From positions 113,584,001 through 113,648,000 of the forward strand of contig OZ024742.1 in assembly GCA_964016885.1 (NCBI GenBank): 64,000 nucleotides of DNA. Direction: 5' to 3'. Below the pieces are notes generated by a model. It was given only the letters and a program-made list of their open reading frames with translations. It ran no database searches and was not told the origin of the DNA. Positions 13,101 through 27,164 of this stretch are shown in pieces. Position 1 is the stretch's first letter. Each line of letters starts with the position of its first letter. The DNA is from Eledone cirrhosa. Its lineage: Eukaryota. Position numbers and translations under genes: made by a program.

Positions 13101-13859
13101 GGAGTCTCTGCAGTACTAAGCCCTGACGGTTTACGTGTTAAAATGTTGAAGCTTCGATATTTTAAAGAGTTTTTTTTTTCATGTAGAAACCAGGAGATCT
13201 TATGACATCTCCTTTCTAGATTAAAGTTATTGTAATTAAAATCTACTGTAATTACATCACAATATAACATTTCTTTTTCAAAATCAGAAATGTTGGCACA
13301 TTTCATTATGAACTATCAATGATACTAATATGTTTAATACATTCATATTTATATGTCATCCTAATTATATAAGCGTTTTATGTAATTCTGGATTTGAGTG
13401 CGTCTGCATGCGTTTTCGTATGAAATAAATCGTGTCCGGTGAATGTCAGGTAAATGTGTAACGGTAAAACAAAAAGCAAAAACACCCTTTATTAAACAAT
13501 ATGCAAAGGAAAAAATTCGTACAAACAATAATGTCGGTATATTTACATAATGTTGAAGTAATATTCAAAGGCAAAATAATGTACAAATCTAATTCAAAAT
13601 AAAGTATATATCATGAAAGTTGGTGTGTGCATTTGTTAAAGATGCAAATATTAATGAATAATAGCTTAAACAATATGTACCTACAATTATTACAGGGAAG
13701 AGCACCACTAGCGTAAACGCTGGGAAGAAATAGTGTGTTGTGAACTATATCATTAAAATAGCAGCGTATGAGCATGTACATTTGATACACTAAATAAATA
13801 ATGACCTTTAATCAAGTGAACACTGTCATAGATGATTAATGATATAATAAAAGCATAAT

Positions 13860-13900
13860 ATATATATGTGTGTGTGTAGCTCTCTCTGTGTCCCCTCTCC

Positions 13901-13968
<68 letters not shown>

Positions 13969-13994
13969 ATATATATATATATGTACACACACAC

Positions 13995-14047
<53 letters not shown>
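13860..14047. repeat. Compound (TA)n/(CA)n microsatellite
   Basis: Directly visible. Confidence 0.95.
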
Positions 14048-14050
<3 letters not shown>

Positions 14051-16474
14051 ATAGAGACATTAAAGAAAAACAGCACTATACCGTGGTGGCGTGAATACTT
14101 TAAATGCACTAGGGAAATATACTACTAATGGTGCACCAAAAACTGCGATAAGAAAATATGAAATACTGGGATAACAAAACAATGGAGATAAGGGAAGTTA
14201 CATATAACAGAAATAAAAACATAACTAAACAAAATATAAGTAATCTATACTGAAATGAGTATCAGAATTAAAAAAAGTTATGAATAAATATAAACTGATA
14301 AGTATAAACATATAAAGTAAAAGTAAAAGGAATATAACTATGTATGTATATAATTATATATGCAGTATATGTATACCGTGTAAACGAATTTCATACATTT
14401 AACTTGTGTGTGCTACCAATGGTTTTGTGGCCCAGACCTAGTCACCACATTATAGGAGGAGGCACTTTTAAACTGGCTCTCCATTCAGGCATAAGGACTA
14501 AAATATGAATAATGGAAAATCATGTCTCTAGGCCGAATATCACTTCTAATTATAGAGAGTTAGATTCGATGTACGGTAACGAATTAATGGAAAAAGGTTT
14601 GTATATAGGAATGTATCAATTCTCGTGGGAAAAGGGTGTTGACTCTGGGTATTCCATGTAGAAAAGTGTTATATGCAAAACGGACAAAAGAACACACGTG
14701 TAATAAATAATCCGGTTGCGGTTCCGGCTTAGATGCGTTATCGCTCAGATGCAACATGACAATACCGCTTAAGCTTATGTAGTTAAATATATCTTAAAAT
14801 TCATAAAACCATACAAACTACATTAATTTGTGACCAAGCCAACATTTCTAGCATTACAACCTGAGTCTTAATCAATGATTGTGTGGGATACCCAACTATT
14901 ATATATTAACCTATTACACATTGTTTGAATATATATAATAAGTAATAGGTAGATGGTTCAGCGACACAAAATAACACTCACAATATATGAATGTGAAGCT
15001 TTTTTGGAGATTTATATAATACAAGTGGAAAATGTAATTAATTGTATGAACATATTTTTTGAAACTATTATGGATAAACAGAAAAATCCAAAAATAACAG
15101 TTGATGTTGCCAAATAGTGGTGGTTATCCGTACCTTTTATGAGATAATCGATATTGCGAAGATGACGTGTACGATAATACTACGAAAAAAGAAAAATTAA
15201 TGATCAGGATGAGAGCCACAACTGCGACGGTGACGGAAATGTTCATGGAGGCGTTTATTGAGATGGTGGTGATGATGGTGATGAGGATCATGATGACGGT
15301 GATGATAATGATGATAAATGTAGCAAATCAAAAACCGAACAATACAGCCGATATCTGTAATTTATTTAGGGAAATTATAAATAAACGATCCATATATGAT
15401 TAAAAGTGTTTTAAAGATAAACTTTATCTATGTAAATGTCGTTTTGTAAGACAATTTATACAGAATTGAGAAAAATCCACCAGGCAATCCTAGCAGGTCA
15501 AGCAAGTATATAACTTTTCTCTTTTAGATCATGAGCCACCGATTAAGAGTGATGCAGTCAAATATCCTCATAGGATCGATGTCCACTTCAGCAAAGAAAC
15601 GGATACTCTTTTCAAGAAGATTTAGCTAAGCTCTTAACATTGTCACAAGTTTGGCATTAAATACGTATATATCTGCCTTATACGAAAAACAAGGACGCAT
15701 GAAATTGTATAAGCTGTTCCTATCGGTGTCATCCAAAAAATGAACGTGATGCTTCTAGTGAGAAAACTTGCCCATCGTCGAAGAACATGTATTGCTATAT
15801 GTGCATGTTGAATAGAAACACACGTGTATAGACGACTTCACCCAAAGTCACACTCACGATCGCTTTTTCATAATAGCTATATTTGTTGTATGTGTGTATA
15901 CTAAAATGTCAGTGGATCTCGTATTTGTTTAAATATCGCAACATGTAAGGAAAGATTAGAACATTTAGAGTATAGCAAATACGTGGTTATGTAACTATTG
16001 TAATATATGTATGACATTTACATAAGTTTTCATGTTTTAAGGAGTAGTTTTTTTCTAATGAATAATGAATCCGTAGACACTGACGTAAAGAACGATGTGA
16101 TCAATAATTTACAACAGACTATTTGATCTTAACTTTAGCTATAAGATAATATTTAGAAACATTGGATTCTGAATTGCTATTATTGGATTGATTAGAGTCA
16201 ATGTAAACATAAACAATCGAAGGATATATCATTGAACGAGGAGATTAGTACATAATATTTCTGACCAGTTGATCTAATTTGGGCTACTAAACTAGCTGCT
16301 GCAATATTCAACAACGCTGCATAAATCACCACGTTAATCATGCATTTTTAATTCATAAAATAATATACTTTGAAAATAAAATATACTTTTTAAAATCATG
16401 TTCAATTAGAAATCATTTAAAAATAATTACGATATGCACAGGCAAGTATTTAATGTATATTGAAATTGGAAGGC

Positions 16475-16538
<64 letters not shown>

Positions 16539-16540
<2 letters not shown>

Positions 16541-16738
16541 CGGAGGAGTTGTGGTAAGGAACCAGATGGACCATAACGCACCAGTGTACTCAATACTTAG
16601 GGTAGTAGAGTAGGTAATAGGAAAATGTATGACCCCAACGGCATAGCTCAAGCCGTTTCGACGGGTATTTCTGGACTGAAGCTGAAATAGCCGTCGAAAC
16701 GGCTTGAGCTCTGCCGTCGGGGTCATACATTTTCCTAT
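16539..16738. mobile_element. PLE-derived foldback mini-element (family H1) in (TA)n
   Basis: Inverted arms 16617-16671 and 16684-16738 plus a one-sided extension 16539-16616; homologous to 35702-35883 and 37133-37326. Confidence 0.8.
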
Positions 16739-16752
16739 ATATATATATATAT

Positions 16753-17187
16753 AACCAAAGATTAATATGGTTCATTGATTACTCAATGAATGTAGTTTTA
16801 CAATGGATTAAAAGCACTCTACAAAGAAACAAAGAAGTTTTCTGGATTTATTAATATTATTCAAAATATTAATAAATCAAGACATTCACATAATCAAAAT
16901 ATATGTTTTATTATATATATTTCTAAAGAACTGTGCTAATTTTTTCAGTACGTCATCGTCAGATAAAATACATGAATTGATGTATGACATATTTGAACGG
17001 TCTTGATGGTTCAATTCCAGTACTGTCAATACTAGAATTGAACTATCAAGACCGGTGACGTATGTCATACATCAATTCATGTATTTTATCTGACGAGGAC
17101 GTACTGAAAAAACAGCACAGTACCTTCGAAATATATATAATAAAACATATTTTGATTAAGTGAATGGCTTCATTTATTAATATTTTG

Positions 17188-17195
<8 letters not shown>
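16753..17195. mobile_element. PLE-derived foldback element (family H2) in (TA)n
   Basis: Inverted arms ~16854-17022 and 17030-17195, extension 16753-16853; HHR motif in each arm. Confidence 0.78.
17084..17145 (+). ncRNA. Type I hammerhead ribozyme (minimal palindromic stem III)
   Basis: TTTTAT-CTGACGA-G...C-GAAA-TATATA-TA-ATAAAA; stem II includes GTACTG/CAGTAC. Confidence 0.78.
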
Positions 17196-17978
<783 letters not shown>

Positions 17979-18249
17979 TATACACACTTACACACTCACA
18001 CACACTCACACACACAGTCCTAACACAAGACATATGATACAATTCAGTCACCAAATCGAACAAGATACACAAATACTGTATTCGATTCCTTGAATTAACC
18101 GTTGTAATTTCATTCAACAACACCACAAGCTCTTACTCTCTTATATAGTCCTTCTCTGGTTCCTTTCTCATTATCTCTGACTCTCTTTCAATCTACTCTC
18201 TCACAACCACGATCTATTTCATTATATCTTTCTCTCTCTCTATTCATGT

Positions 18250-18380
18250 AAGTACCGGGAAAAATCCCGTAACTTGGGAAACCGTTCTCCAATTTACACG
18301 AAACTTATTTCATTCCATTTGTACTCCCATTACAAGTTCAACTTCCTTTCAAAGTACTCTCCCTCTATGCACCGCTTTGA
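18250..18380 (-). mobile_element. Possible Tc1/mariner 3'-end remnant
   Basis: Minus strand reads CIEGEYFE, like mariner transposase C-termini, followed by a short terminal segment ending at TA. Confidence 0.4.
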
Positions 18381-19850
18381 CTGTATTAAATTACAGAAAA
18401 GCACACAATCACAGAGATTTAGTAGTATATAGAAACAAATAATTCTCCTTATGAATGAATACATTTGTAAAATTTATAATCTTGATAATGGCCCTCACTA
18501 ATCAAATTAACCTAATATTATAAAGATAGAACCCATGTCAAGGACATTATTCTTTGCCCTTCTTCTAATAGATTTGCGAAGCAGAAGTAGTTAAACTTAA
18601 ACTGACAACTATCCAAGACGAAATGTCGTCCGCATGGCACAGAAAGTTCTCATCACTCGGAAGACAATGGCAATAAAAATAAAATTTGTGATTGATGGCG
18701 GAAACACTCACAAATCTAGAGGCACTGTAACCAAAACATGGGAAAATTAACCATGTGAGGAAATCTGTCATCTTCATTATAATACTCTAAATGCCCATCA
18801 GAAATTTTGTGTGAAAGTTCCAAGGAAGATTCATATGGCGTCGCAGACTTATCTTGAAATACCAATGTCTATCCATTTAAATTGTGTCATCATGTAAATA
18901 AATATACGAAATGTATACCATGAATAAAATATTAAATATTCATGAATAGCAAACAGGAGAGAAAGCAGAATCCACGAAGATATATAAAAAAAAAATGTGA
19001 GTATGACAAAAAGAATGATGTCAACATTTTATGATGTCAGATTTGAGGGTGTTTCCACATCTGATATGTATTAGATATTACAATATTTTGTTTTATCATT
19101 TTAGTTTTATTTACATCTTTCTTAATACATGGTAGCTGGGCATGTTTTAGTTATTTTAAATAGACTATCAATATCTTTAAAACTGCGACTTACCCTTAGT
19201 ACGTTTTTCAGAACCAAACTGTTTATTAAACAACATCCTATGGCGCATCAGAAAATGTGGTCGGCAAATAATTGGTATAGTTTCCGCTCGAAAATATATC
19301 GTCCACTGATCCTCTTATATTGCGTTTTGATCATGTCTTTCTGTAGTAGGCTCTAAACCACAACAGGCTTGGAATTAGGACCATTTGATTTTAAATGCAC
19401 ATAACATAACCATTATTTTCATTCGCAATACACGGAGCTTCTAAATCTCACGCACAATTATATCCAATTTTACTTAACTAGACATATGTAATTCCCAACT
19501 GACAAAACGTCTCTCCTTATAGGGGCTCTCATTTATCTAAAAACAACTACCACACTGATCAGTTCGCCTCTGATGTTGTTTTGTAGGAACTGATATGTGA
19601 TGAAAATAAAAATCACTATATTATTGATATGATCCTCGATGGTAAAAAGAAAGCTATTTGTTTTAACAGACGAGACGCTATTCCATAAACATGTACAGTT
19701 TCTCTTTGTACTGTCAGAACATAGACAAAACGTAAAGAGATTACGATTACAAACATAAGATAGTGAATTCGATACTCAGATAGGGTAGCGCATGTTGTCC
19801 ATGAGCATGAAATTGCATTCCAGTTGGCTAAAGTTCAATTATCAGATGAT

Positions 19851-20018
19851 TGTTTCTACTTTTGGCACAAGTCCAGCAATTACCCAGTACATTACTGGTA
19901 CATTAGTTTATCAACCTCGTAAGGATGAAAGGCAAAGTTAACCTCGGCGGGATTTGAACTCAGACCATAGGGGGCCGTAACACTTTGCTGCAAAGCATGA
20001 CATCCGACCCTCTAACGA
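19851..20018 (-). mobile_element. tRNA-SINE, 5'-truncated, with TSD
   Basis: TSD ATCAGAT(G/A)AT at 19841-19850 and 20019-20028. Confidence 0.88.
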
Positions 20019-22194
20019 ATCAGATAATAGTAGCTGGGAATACAAATAGTAGCTGAGCTTCAGAGATTTGACAGTCTGCATCACGTCTTTGATGCAATGT
20101 TTTACTTTCAGTCTCTTAATTCATTGAAACCTGCATATTCCACCGGCTACGTCTGAGCATAGCAACTAAGTTAACTGGATATTAAAGGATAAAAACATAT
20201 CATATTTTCTAATGAAAGATGGGGATAATAACTTTGATTGCGATTCTGGTGGATTTAAAGACGGGTGCTGACTTTGATTATGGTATTTATTACTCTCCCA
20301 TACTGATATTGTTATAATGTGGTTCAGTCCAAATGCCAAGCATGTCTACACCGAATTAACATTAAGAGGGAGTGCTTTGCATTGTTGGAATGAAAAATCA
20401 TAGAGATATGGATTTAGTGTTGGAGTTCTTTGATTACAAACAGGTAGGTATTTCTGCATTTATTGATGGACAATTATTTAGAAGGTAATTGTTTCTTTGC
20501 AATATATTAGTTGAAATTCAAAGCTTATATTTTGTGTGCATGTTTGAGTGTATTTGTGATATTGTAACTTAGTATCTTGGCAAAGTGTAATTGATAAGTG
20601 ATGTAAGAGATACAAAGAAGCCACTGGATCTATATGATTGCCGAAATGCTTAAAGGGTTTCACCATGCATGGTGACAATTGAAATGACAAAGCATGAGTG
20701 AACAATGTGATGTAATTATATTGTTAGTGTCCTATTGCTTTATTGAGTGTTTGTGTACAGAATTAAAATAAGTTTGGTAATCACCCCACGTAGACACCAA
20801 GAAACAATAGCCCCCAAGATCGCTATAAATTCCTGGCAACACATAAACCGACGTAGCACATCCACCTCAAAAACATAGCTACAATTACGTTTAAATTATT
20901 GGCTGTTCACTCCAATGCCAGATCATTTTAAGACTTACAATACGGTTATAGTCCCAACGAACTACGGCTCCAACATGCGGATTAGTGTTGAGGCTTCACA
21001 TAACATGCCTACGACACCATCCAGTATTATACATTTGTCTGAATTAGATAACTTCACAAATAAACACACTAAAACTGTCACCTTCTTCTCGGAGCTAGCT
21101 GACCACGTGTCATATTCATTCAAGCACTTTTGCGTTACCTATCTCACCCGTATTGCGTCGAAACCAAATGTATCGCACTAATGGCTTTTCGTCACCATTA
21201 TTCCTCTGCCATGTATTTCTTGAAAGAGTCGGCTTTAAGCTAAGCATAGTTGAGGCTTCAAATGCTTTCAAATACCAAATGATTCTTATTTACAAAAAGT
21301 TTCAATTCACATATTTTAAAATGAAATAAGAACATATGGTAGGAATACAGGAAAACCATTCTAAATTGGCTTCTCGAAAGCTACATATCATATAGTTAAA
21401 CGTGAAATTCGAAAGTAGAATTATTTGAAATCATACGATTAGAGAACCATATTATAATACATTTCATTTATAAGGCTATTTCGCTGAAGATGGAAGGATA
21501 AAGAAAGGAAAATCAATAATAAAAAAATAAAGGAAGTTGGAGAGAAGTGGCAGACACTCGACGCCTGGAAAAATCAGTATATCTGAGTTTGCATTTCAAT
21601 CAAAACATGGCAAATGTAATGATCCGAAGAAGAGGGAGCGACACATGATACATCAACCATTCGGCAACAGGACAGCCCCTTACGGATATTCTATATCATC
21701 TCCTCATGCGCCTCATTGGCGGCACTGTCCGGCTTTGCGGGTGAAATTAATGTTTAGAGGCGGAGAACGTGTTAGAGCACGTGGTGAAATAGTTTAAAGA
21801 TTTACAAGCCTCGATCCGGGAAGGTATCCTTTCACAATTCCTCCTATCATCATGGTCGAGACTGACACACTTCAATTGTGTTAGGAAAGAGCCCTATCGA
21901 TATTCTGTCTGGTGATTTCTTTTTTCACGATGGAGTACTGCGGGAGCCGATCTGCACTGTAGTGACACCAGACGGATGCAGTTTGACATCATTAAGCAGG
22001 TCTAAATAATAGCTGTTTGTAACTCACAAATAGGAGCCGAGTAAAATTCATCGACTGTTATTATGTCGATGGTTACCACTTTACGTCGAAGAGGATAGCC
22101 ATCGTCTAACCAATCCGCGTCTCTGTCCATATTTTTTTGATGGTTTAAAGTGGTGATGCATTCTTTGCAGTTAGTTTTATATTATTGACTATAG

Positions 22195-22378
22195 GGCGGT
22201 GGATTGGCAGTATCGGTAGCGGGTCGGACGCCATGCTTTCCAGCATAGTTACGTTCATTTAGGATCTGAGTTCAAATCCCGCCGAGGTTGACTTTGCCTT
22301 TCATCCTTACGGGGTCGATAACTTTAAGTACCAGTAATGCACTGGGAAATTGCTGACCTTGTGCCTAAAGTAGAATCA
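22195..22378 (+). mobile_element. Full-length tRNA-SINE with TSD
   Basis: Starts GGCGGTGGATTGGCAGTATCGG (A box), B box GAGTTCAAATCC; TSD ATTATTGACT(A/T)TAG at 22181-22194 and 22379-22392. Confidence 0.93.
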
Positions 22379-22699
22379 ATTATTGACTTTAGAATTGCAG
22401 GTGTGCTACACATTCTTATCTTGGCTGTAGTTCTGTAAGAACTGAAGGATAATTTTTTAATGAATTTTTAAAATTACTACGGATGGAGCATTGACATAGA
22501 CGTTAGTGCCTTTGACAAAATGTTGCAATGCATTTAAGTACAATATTTTACGTCTTCAAAGTACTAACTAAGTACTGGACTTGATATAATGGACCCTCTC
22601 CCCTAAACCACTTGCCCTGTGTCAATGTAGTACAGCATTATGGACATAGTTTGGAGCGCTTCAGTTGGGTTGGTTGTTATTATTCCTTGATTATATAGA

Positions 22700-23720
22700 A
22701 TGATAATATTGAGCTTGCTACTGTTGATGTATCCTCTATATCAACACAATACCTAAATATTTAGTAACATTCTAACTTAATCGTTTTATGATTAAATTGA
22801 TCTTTCATAATTTCTAAGACAAAGGAAAGAGAATATAGCCGAGGATTAATATAACAATAAAGCCTTAAAGATGTAACACTTCCCAACTAAGGTTTTAGTA
22901 TGGGTCTGGTGATAAGAATTGGAATCAACGATTCAAGATATCAAGCAGGAATTGAATAACATTGTGGATGTTTCATAATCAGTGTGAAATAATCGGCGCT
23001 TTTCTAGCTTATTTGCTGTGATCATATACCCTGGCCGTTGATGAGGCTAATGTAAGATTGAATCTGATAGATTCCAGCTTATGTTTATGAGCTGATGAAT
23101 CTCCTTTGCATACGCTGCGGTAGCCGGCCCAGTTTTAATTCAAGGAAATGTTATTGGTGCTCCGACATAGCGATCTACATATGAATGTACGCATTCTATA
23201 TTGAATAATATAGCGGATGTTTATGAAAAAAACATGTCTATATCAAATGTTATTTGTTTCTGCACACCTATAATCAAACTCATTCCAGGTGTCATGTCAT
23301 CAGTTTCTAGTGTGAAATTTTACGAGGAATACATTTCATATGTTGTGTTTTCTTAGCCTCCAAACAGGGATTTACTGGTTCGTACTAGTACAATCGTCTG
23401 TATAGATCTCTCGCTTCGGTACTTCTGTAGCGATCTTTGTGGCCCTCATTTTGCAGGTGTTCGAATGACATCATTGATGATAGATATACTAAAAGTAATA
23501 ACGCTTCTCGTTGTCCTGAGTGTAACTTCATTATGCTGTTGGGTGGACATACTTGTTGCTTGATATTAGCTGTGCTAGTGGTGTTTGGGGATGATGTTTG
23601 TTCGAAAGATTTAGTAGCTGTTTGGTTTTATATTGTTTGTGATGTTGGTGGTGTGTATAGTGATGTCAGCTTTGATTATATTTTGGGAGGTGGTGGTTTG
23701 GACGGATGGTTATGTGCATT
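22700..23720 (-). mobile_element. Decayed LINE RT fragment (Jockey/I-like)
   Basis: Minus strand gives IYTDDC (~23390-23408), a broken ILGVTFD-like motif and SAHKHKLESI; many lesions. Confidence 0.45.
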
Positions 23721-25059
23721 GAAATAATGTGCGTGGTGGAGATGTGGGTAATGGTGTGGATAATTGTTTTCGGGAAGTTGTTTATATCGCTTAATCATTT
23801 GTAGTTAATGGATGTTGGTTGTTATAATTATGGAGTTAAATTAGGTGTTAATATGGCTTATGGTAAATGTATTATAACCCATCATACAGATGCCAAAGCT
23901 AAAGCTCAAATGACTGTTGTGTCAAACACGTCGTTACTACAGAGGTGTAATACTGGCGTTAATGTCATGGTGTTTATGAGCGATCGTGTTAATAAACATG
24001 ATATAAAGTCTGTTGAATTCATTTCTATGTAACAGCCTCAACAGACATACACGCACAATTCCAACGAATAATGTAATTAAATTTCCAAATCCAGTTCTCC
24101 AACCATTCATCATTATACACCTACATTTCCCACATAAACACTCACTCTTCGAATAAAATATGCAGTGTTTCTCTTTTTAAAAAGCAAACAGACACACGTG
24201 CATGCACATGTTTTATAATTAATCGATTAATGATTATTTAATAATATATAATTATATGAAAGAAGTAAAATGACCAGACGTTAGAAAAAGGTAGCAAAGA
24301 TCGTGACATCTCCCATTAAATAGGACTATTATGTATGCGATAAGTAATGAAATCTAGAAGGAGGTCAACAGGGCGATACGTTACATGGCAATTAGAATAC
24401 TAAGATGTGGTACATAACATACTTTAATGAGGCGATATTAGACTGATAAAGACATAATTAAGCACCAATAATATAACAATGAGAAAACCTTTTTTATTAT
24501 CGATCTATAACTCGGATCTATAATAAGATATTGATAGATGTCTATGTATATAGTTTGTGGTAGAAAGTCTTTCGTAAATACATTCATAAAAATGATCAAT
24601 ATAAATGAAGAACACACACTTAACTCCCACGTAAAATGAAACTGTTCTTTGCATTTCCGACATATGAACGTAATACATGTTATATATAGATAGTGGCATC
24701 AACAACAATATTACTCACAAATATAAAGTATTCATTCTTTGTGATATATAACGTACCCTGTTTTAATTAACATACTTGATACATATTTGAATAATTAAAG
24801 ATAACATTTTTCGTAGCTCAATATACTATATATTATTGTAATTTGAAGCATCACGAGCTACATCCAGTTGTGTAATCCAGAAGAGAAATTTACAAATGCA
24901 CTACCAATAAAGTTAATCAAATAGTATATTTAGTATACAAGTCCCCACGCAAAAAACAATAATATATATCTTTAAGTGCATCTATAAAAGGAACAAATAT
25001 ATACACCTGCATGCAGACACAAGAATGCTTAATTTTATGTATGCGAATATTATATGAGT

Positions 25060-26666
25060 ATATGTGCAGAGCATTTATATACAGAGATTGACCACACTCA
25101 CCACACATTCTATACCTACATCTTCTATAAACCCTGATTCCCATTCCTACATACAGTTCACCTCGTCCCATCCCAGCAACACCAATTCACCATACCCCAC
25201 TCCCAATTTCTTCCGTCTTCGTCGGCTCTGTAGCCAGTACAACGATTTCAAAACCCTGTTCCAACACATGACCTCCTGTTTCATCCAACCTAGATATCCT
25301 ACACATTGATCCCAGCTTCCTTCACTAGCAACTTTGAAACCTACCGTACCACAGGCCTCTCACCCCATTACCGCCCACAACATCAATATTCCTTTACCCC
25401 TTTCCTACCAGCACGGCACCCAATCTTTCTTTGTTTCAGCACCCTCTCTTCTGATCCCGCCTGTTCTTTCCAAACCCACACATCACGGCCTTCAACCGAG
25501 CCCGTAATCTCAGTGACCTCCTAGTTCGCAGTGACCGTCCCAGTTCTCATCCAGGTTGTACCAGCTCTCTCTATATTTCTAGCCTTACCACTCACATAGG
25601 GTCTAAAAGTGTTATCGGTATCCTCGAATGCTTCACCTGCACACCCACCTACGAAGTGTATACATTCCGGTGTTCCTTTTTCGGGTCTATATAGATCGGG
25701 CAAAGAGGCCACCTGCTAGTGGACACTTTGGGGACATATGGCTCGGCATGGATACACCCCTCGCTAAGGATTCGTGTTCCTCACGACACACATCCCTACA
25801 TGTCTCAATTAATGGTGTCCATTTACATTACAGACCTATGTACGTCTGATTTTCCGCCTTCGAGCTAATTTCCCTAATGGACTCAACTATCCTCCCTAAT
25901 TTATTTATTCGTGTACACATACACTCACCCTAGCTAATGTCATCCCTACCTCGTCTACCTTCACACATGCACACGCATATCCAGCCTCATGTACTCTATA
26001 ACTCTGTCACGGACACAAACGCCCAAACACCTACAGTTTCTATTGACCAACAACGCACACAAGCTTGTACTCTTACTCATGCAGCTTTGTATGTGCGAGT
26101 AGCTAACACATACGCACCCTCCTAGACCCATATTTTCACAGCTTCGTACTTACAAGAAAATACACACACACTTTTTTTCGCTTAAACGTCATCTATGCAC
26201 ACACATATCCTATTAGCTTTGTACGGACAAATAGCAAACACACTGATATATACGCCCCCCCCCCCCCCCAAAAAAAAAAACATACACACACGCACTATCT
26301 CTGAAAAAACTATTTTTCTTTTCAGCTACATGTATTCCATCACCGACGTTTAAAACAGGACCAACTTCTTTTCTCATGCAACGGCGCCTGAATAAACAGT
26401 TTTCGAAGATATTGCAACTTGAATAGACTTCTCTTTTCTCAAAGAAATTTGTTTTCCTTTCTGTTAGTGACCACTCTCTATTTCTATGTATTCTCTAATT
26501 ACTCATTGTAATTTCTGATGAAGGTGTAACGTCCAAAATGTTATGAATCTGCTCCTATTTTATCAAGTGCAAAACGAATAATATATTTCTTTGTTGCAAG
26601 GAAAAATATTATTCCTTTGCATTGTGATTTATATTTGCTTTTTTGCATACACATAAACACATACAC

Positions 26667-26670
<4 letters not shown>
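25060..26670 (+). mobile_element. Neptune-like PLE remnant (RT thumb, GIY-YIG tail, 3' UTR)
   Basis: DSHSYIQFTSSHP, FFRLRRLCS, FNRARNLSDLLVRS, LIFRLRANFPNGLN; degenerate HHR (CTGATGAAGG..TCCAAAA) at ~26515-26550; ends at (TA)n. Confidence 0.75.
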
Positions 26671-26725
<55 letters not shown>

Positions 26726-27164
26726 CTCCCGGGACTATCAATTAATTAGTTAATTCTATTGATTAATTATTTGCTTAAGTTTATTTAAAAACAACTCGGT
26801 CGAGAGCTTACTTCGATTTGTGCAGTCTATTGCAATTCTTTGAATAATTTTACGCATTCTTAATGCCGGGGTCAAAGACCGGGGTTACATCCCTCGCAGG
26901 TTAAACACTGGGGTAGTCACTCCACCATTACTACTGCTTGGAACCCGCTGGCCGGGCTGAGAACAAAATACCTGTTGAGGAAATGGCAGCCTTGTTCGAT
27001 CGTTGTACCAAAAGCTTACAACGAAAGTAGACATTATAATTGATTTAGTGTCACAGAAACCTCCCATCAACTTGCAGGAGGTCCAGATACATTATTTTGT
27101 TAACTGTTTACCTTGCTTCGTTTTTTTTACTCAGGTGGCTGATAGCTTCATGACCACCGTTTTC

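Noticed and set aside
14405-14460. Degenerate hammerhead on the minus strand (GTGG...CCAC-AAAAC-CATTG-GTA)
   Set aside because: Both core boxes are mutated; cannot be distinguished from chance
15167-15403. 78-aa Met-rich ORF
   Set aside because: Derived from an imperfect (ATG)n repeat
16539-16738. H1 hairpins as miRNA precursors or classical MITEs
   Set aside because: The arms are halves of a hammerhead-bearing 3' end, and the inverted repeat is not terminal on both sides
19587-19641. Possible small host exon (ttttgtag|GAACTG...GATG|gtaaaa)
   Set aside because: Weak donor, no recognisable protein motif, no partner exons identified
21537-22130. Moderately GC-rich segment, possibly an LTR-retrotransposon remnant
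   Set aside because: No integrase or RT motif could be read with confidence
22195-22285. tRNA gene
   Set aside because: The A and B boxes belong to a SINE head with extended spacing, followed by SINE core, tail and TSD
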